This document shows positions 62,892-64,000 of a stretch of 64,000 nucleotides of DNA, one piece after another. A program made the position numbers and the translations under genes. Under the pieces are notes generated by a model, which saw only the letters and a program-made list of their open reading frames with translations, was not told the DNA's origin and did not search any database. Each line of letters starts with the position of its first letter. The first letter of the stretch is position 1. Source of the DNA: Lytechinus pictus (Eukaryota); assembly GCF_037042905.1 (NCBI RefSeq), contig NC_087250.1, positions 13,084,001-13,148,000 of the forward strand. The letters are read 5' to 3'.

Positions 62892-63471
62892 AGGACAAGT
62901 CCACCCCAACAAAAAATTCATTTGAATAAGAAGAGAAAAGTCCAACAAGCATAACACTGAAAATTTCATCAAAATCGGATGTAAAATAAGAAAATTATGA
63001 CATTTTAAAATTTCGCTTAATTTCACAAAACAGTTATATGCACATCCTGGCTGGTATGCGAATGAGGGGACTATGACGTCATCCACTCATTATTTCTTTT
63101 GTATTGTATTATATGAAATATTCTCATTTTCTCCTCATTGTCAAGTGATACAACAATTAATTCCTCCCTGAAGATGTGGAATTAGCATTGTTTAATACTA
63201 TATGGTTCAGTCAAGTTGGTCCTTATTGTCAAATCTATAAAAAGTGAAATATTGTATAATTCAAACAATGAAAAACAAAAGAAATAGTGAGTGATGTACA
63301 CCATCGACCGACTCACCTGGTTGTGCATATCACTGTTTTGTGAAAAATAAGCGAAACTTTAAAATGTCATAACTTTCTTATTTTACATCCGATTTTGATG
63401 GAATTTTCAGTGTTATGCTAGTTTGATTGTTCTCTATTCAAGTCAGCATTTTCCTGGGGTGGACTTGACCT
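62892..63471 (+). mobile_element. Full-length TTAA-flanked MITE (Kolobok-like)
   Basis: TTAA|AGGACAAGTCCACCCC ... GGGGTGGACTTGACCT|TTAA; second copy at 1-361. Confidence 0.85.
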
Positions 63472-64000
63472 TTAACTAGTACAAGCAAGGTTTTTTTTTC
63501 ATCCCATCGAACCCCCCCCCCCCCCCCACACACAAAAAAAGATAAATATAGAATGCGAGATAGAGAGGGGACAGAGACTAAGAACTAGAGACAGGAAGAG
63601 CGAGAAAGAATGGAAAGGATGTTAGGAAAGACATACATTTCTGTAGGTTCATTGAAATGAGAGTAAATGAAACAGTATCAACAAACGCATGTGAATATGA
63701 TTATATGTTTATATACATGTATATATGGTTATTGACTTTTCCGTTTCGCCTCCATGGCCTATTGTTTATTGGAACAATGGTTTTTTCCAAGCACTTCCCC
63801 TCGCATAGCTCTAAAATGATGGTTGTCAATATTTTTAATATTCTCTTTATCTTGATCATGTAGATGATGAAGAATGCTTTGTAATTAAGGCATTTTAAGG
63901 CATAGCGACGAGTACTTGCCGAAGGTTAGCGCGTGCTGCACGCTCTTTTGTTACAAAAAGGCAAACAATCATTAGAATGATAACTCTGCGACCTCATTGC

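Overview
AT-rich, intron-containing animal genomic DNA, not prokaryotic. The repeat landscape looks echinoderm, probably sea urchin (inference only). Four protein-coding genes can be reconstructed from ORFs and splice sites. (1) A 342-aa single-pass membrane protein with a long disordered tail carrying PPxY and C-terminal PDZ-binding motifs (3614-4642, -). (2-3) A head-to-head pair of 3-exon, 12-Cys Ly6/uPAR (three-finger, Quiver/Sleepless-like) GPI-anchored genes (23100-25746 -, 27139-29537 +). (4) A large secreted protein whose two giant phase-1 exons (50683-52369, 58362-60566/60583) each encode one copy of a ~550-740-aa domain I do not recognise; the gene probably continues past the window. 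The rest is MITEs (Kolobok/TTAA, hAT, Harbinger, Tc1/mariner-, Sola-like), tRNA-derived SINEs, LINE remnants and microsatellites. The most striking observation is at 34578-35535. A ~407-bp repeat arranged as inverted copy plus tandem copies (Penelope-like architecture) carries a tRNA-Glu-like cloverleaf with intact A/B boxes, a T-run terminator and a UCA (opal-reading) anticodon. The inverted copy has lost the tRNA segment.
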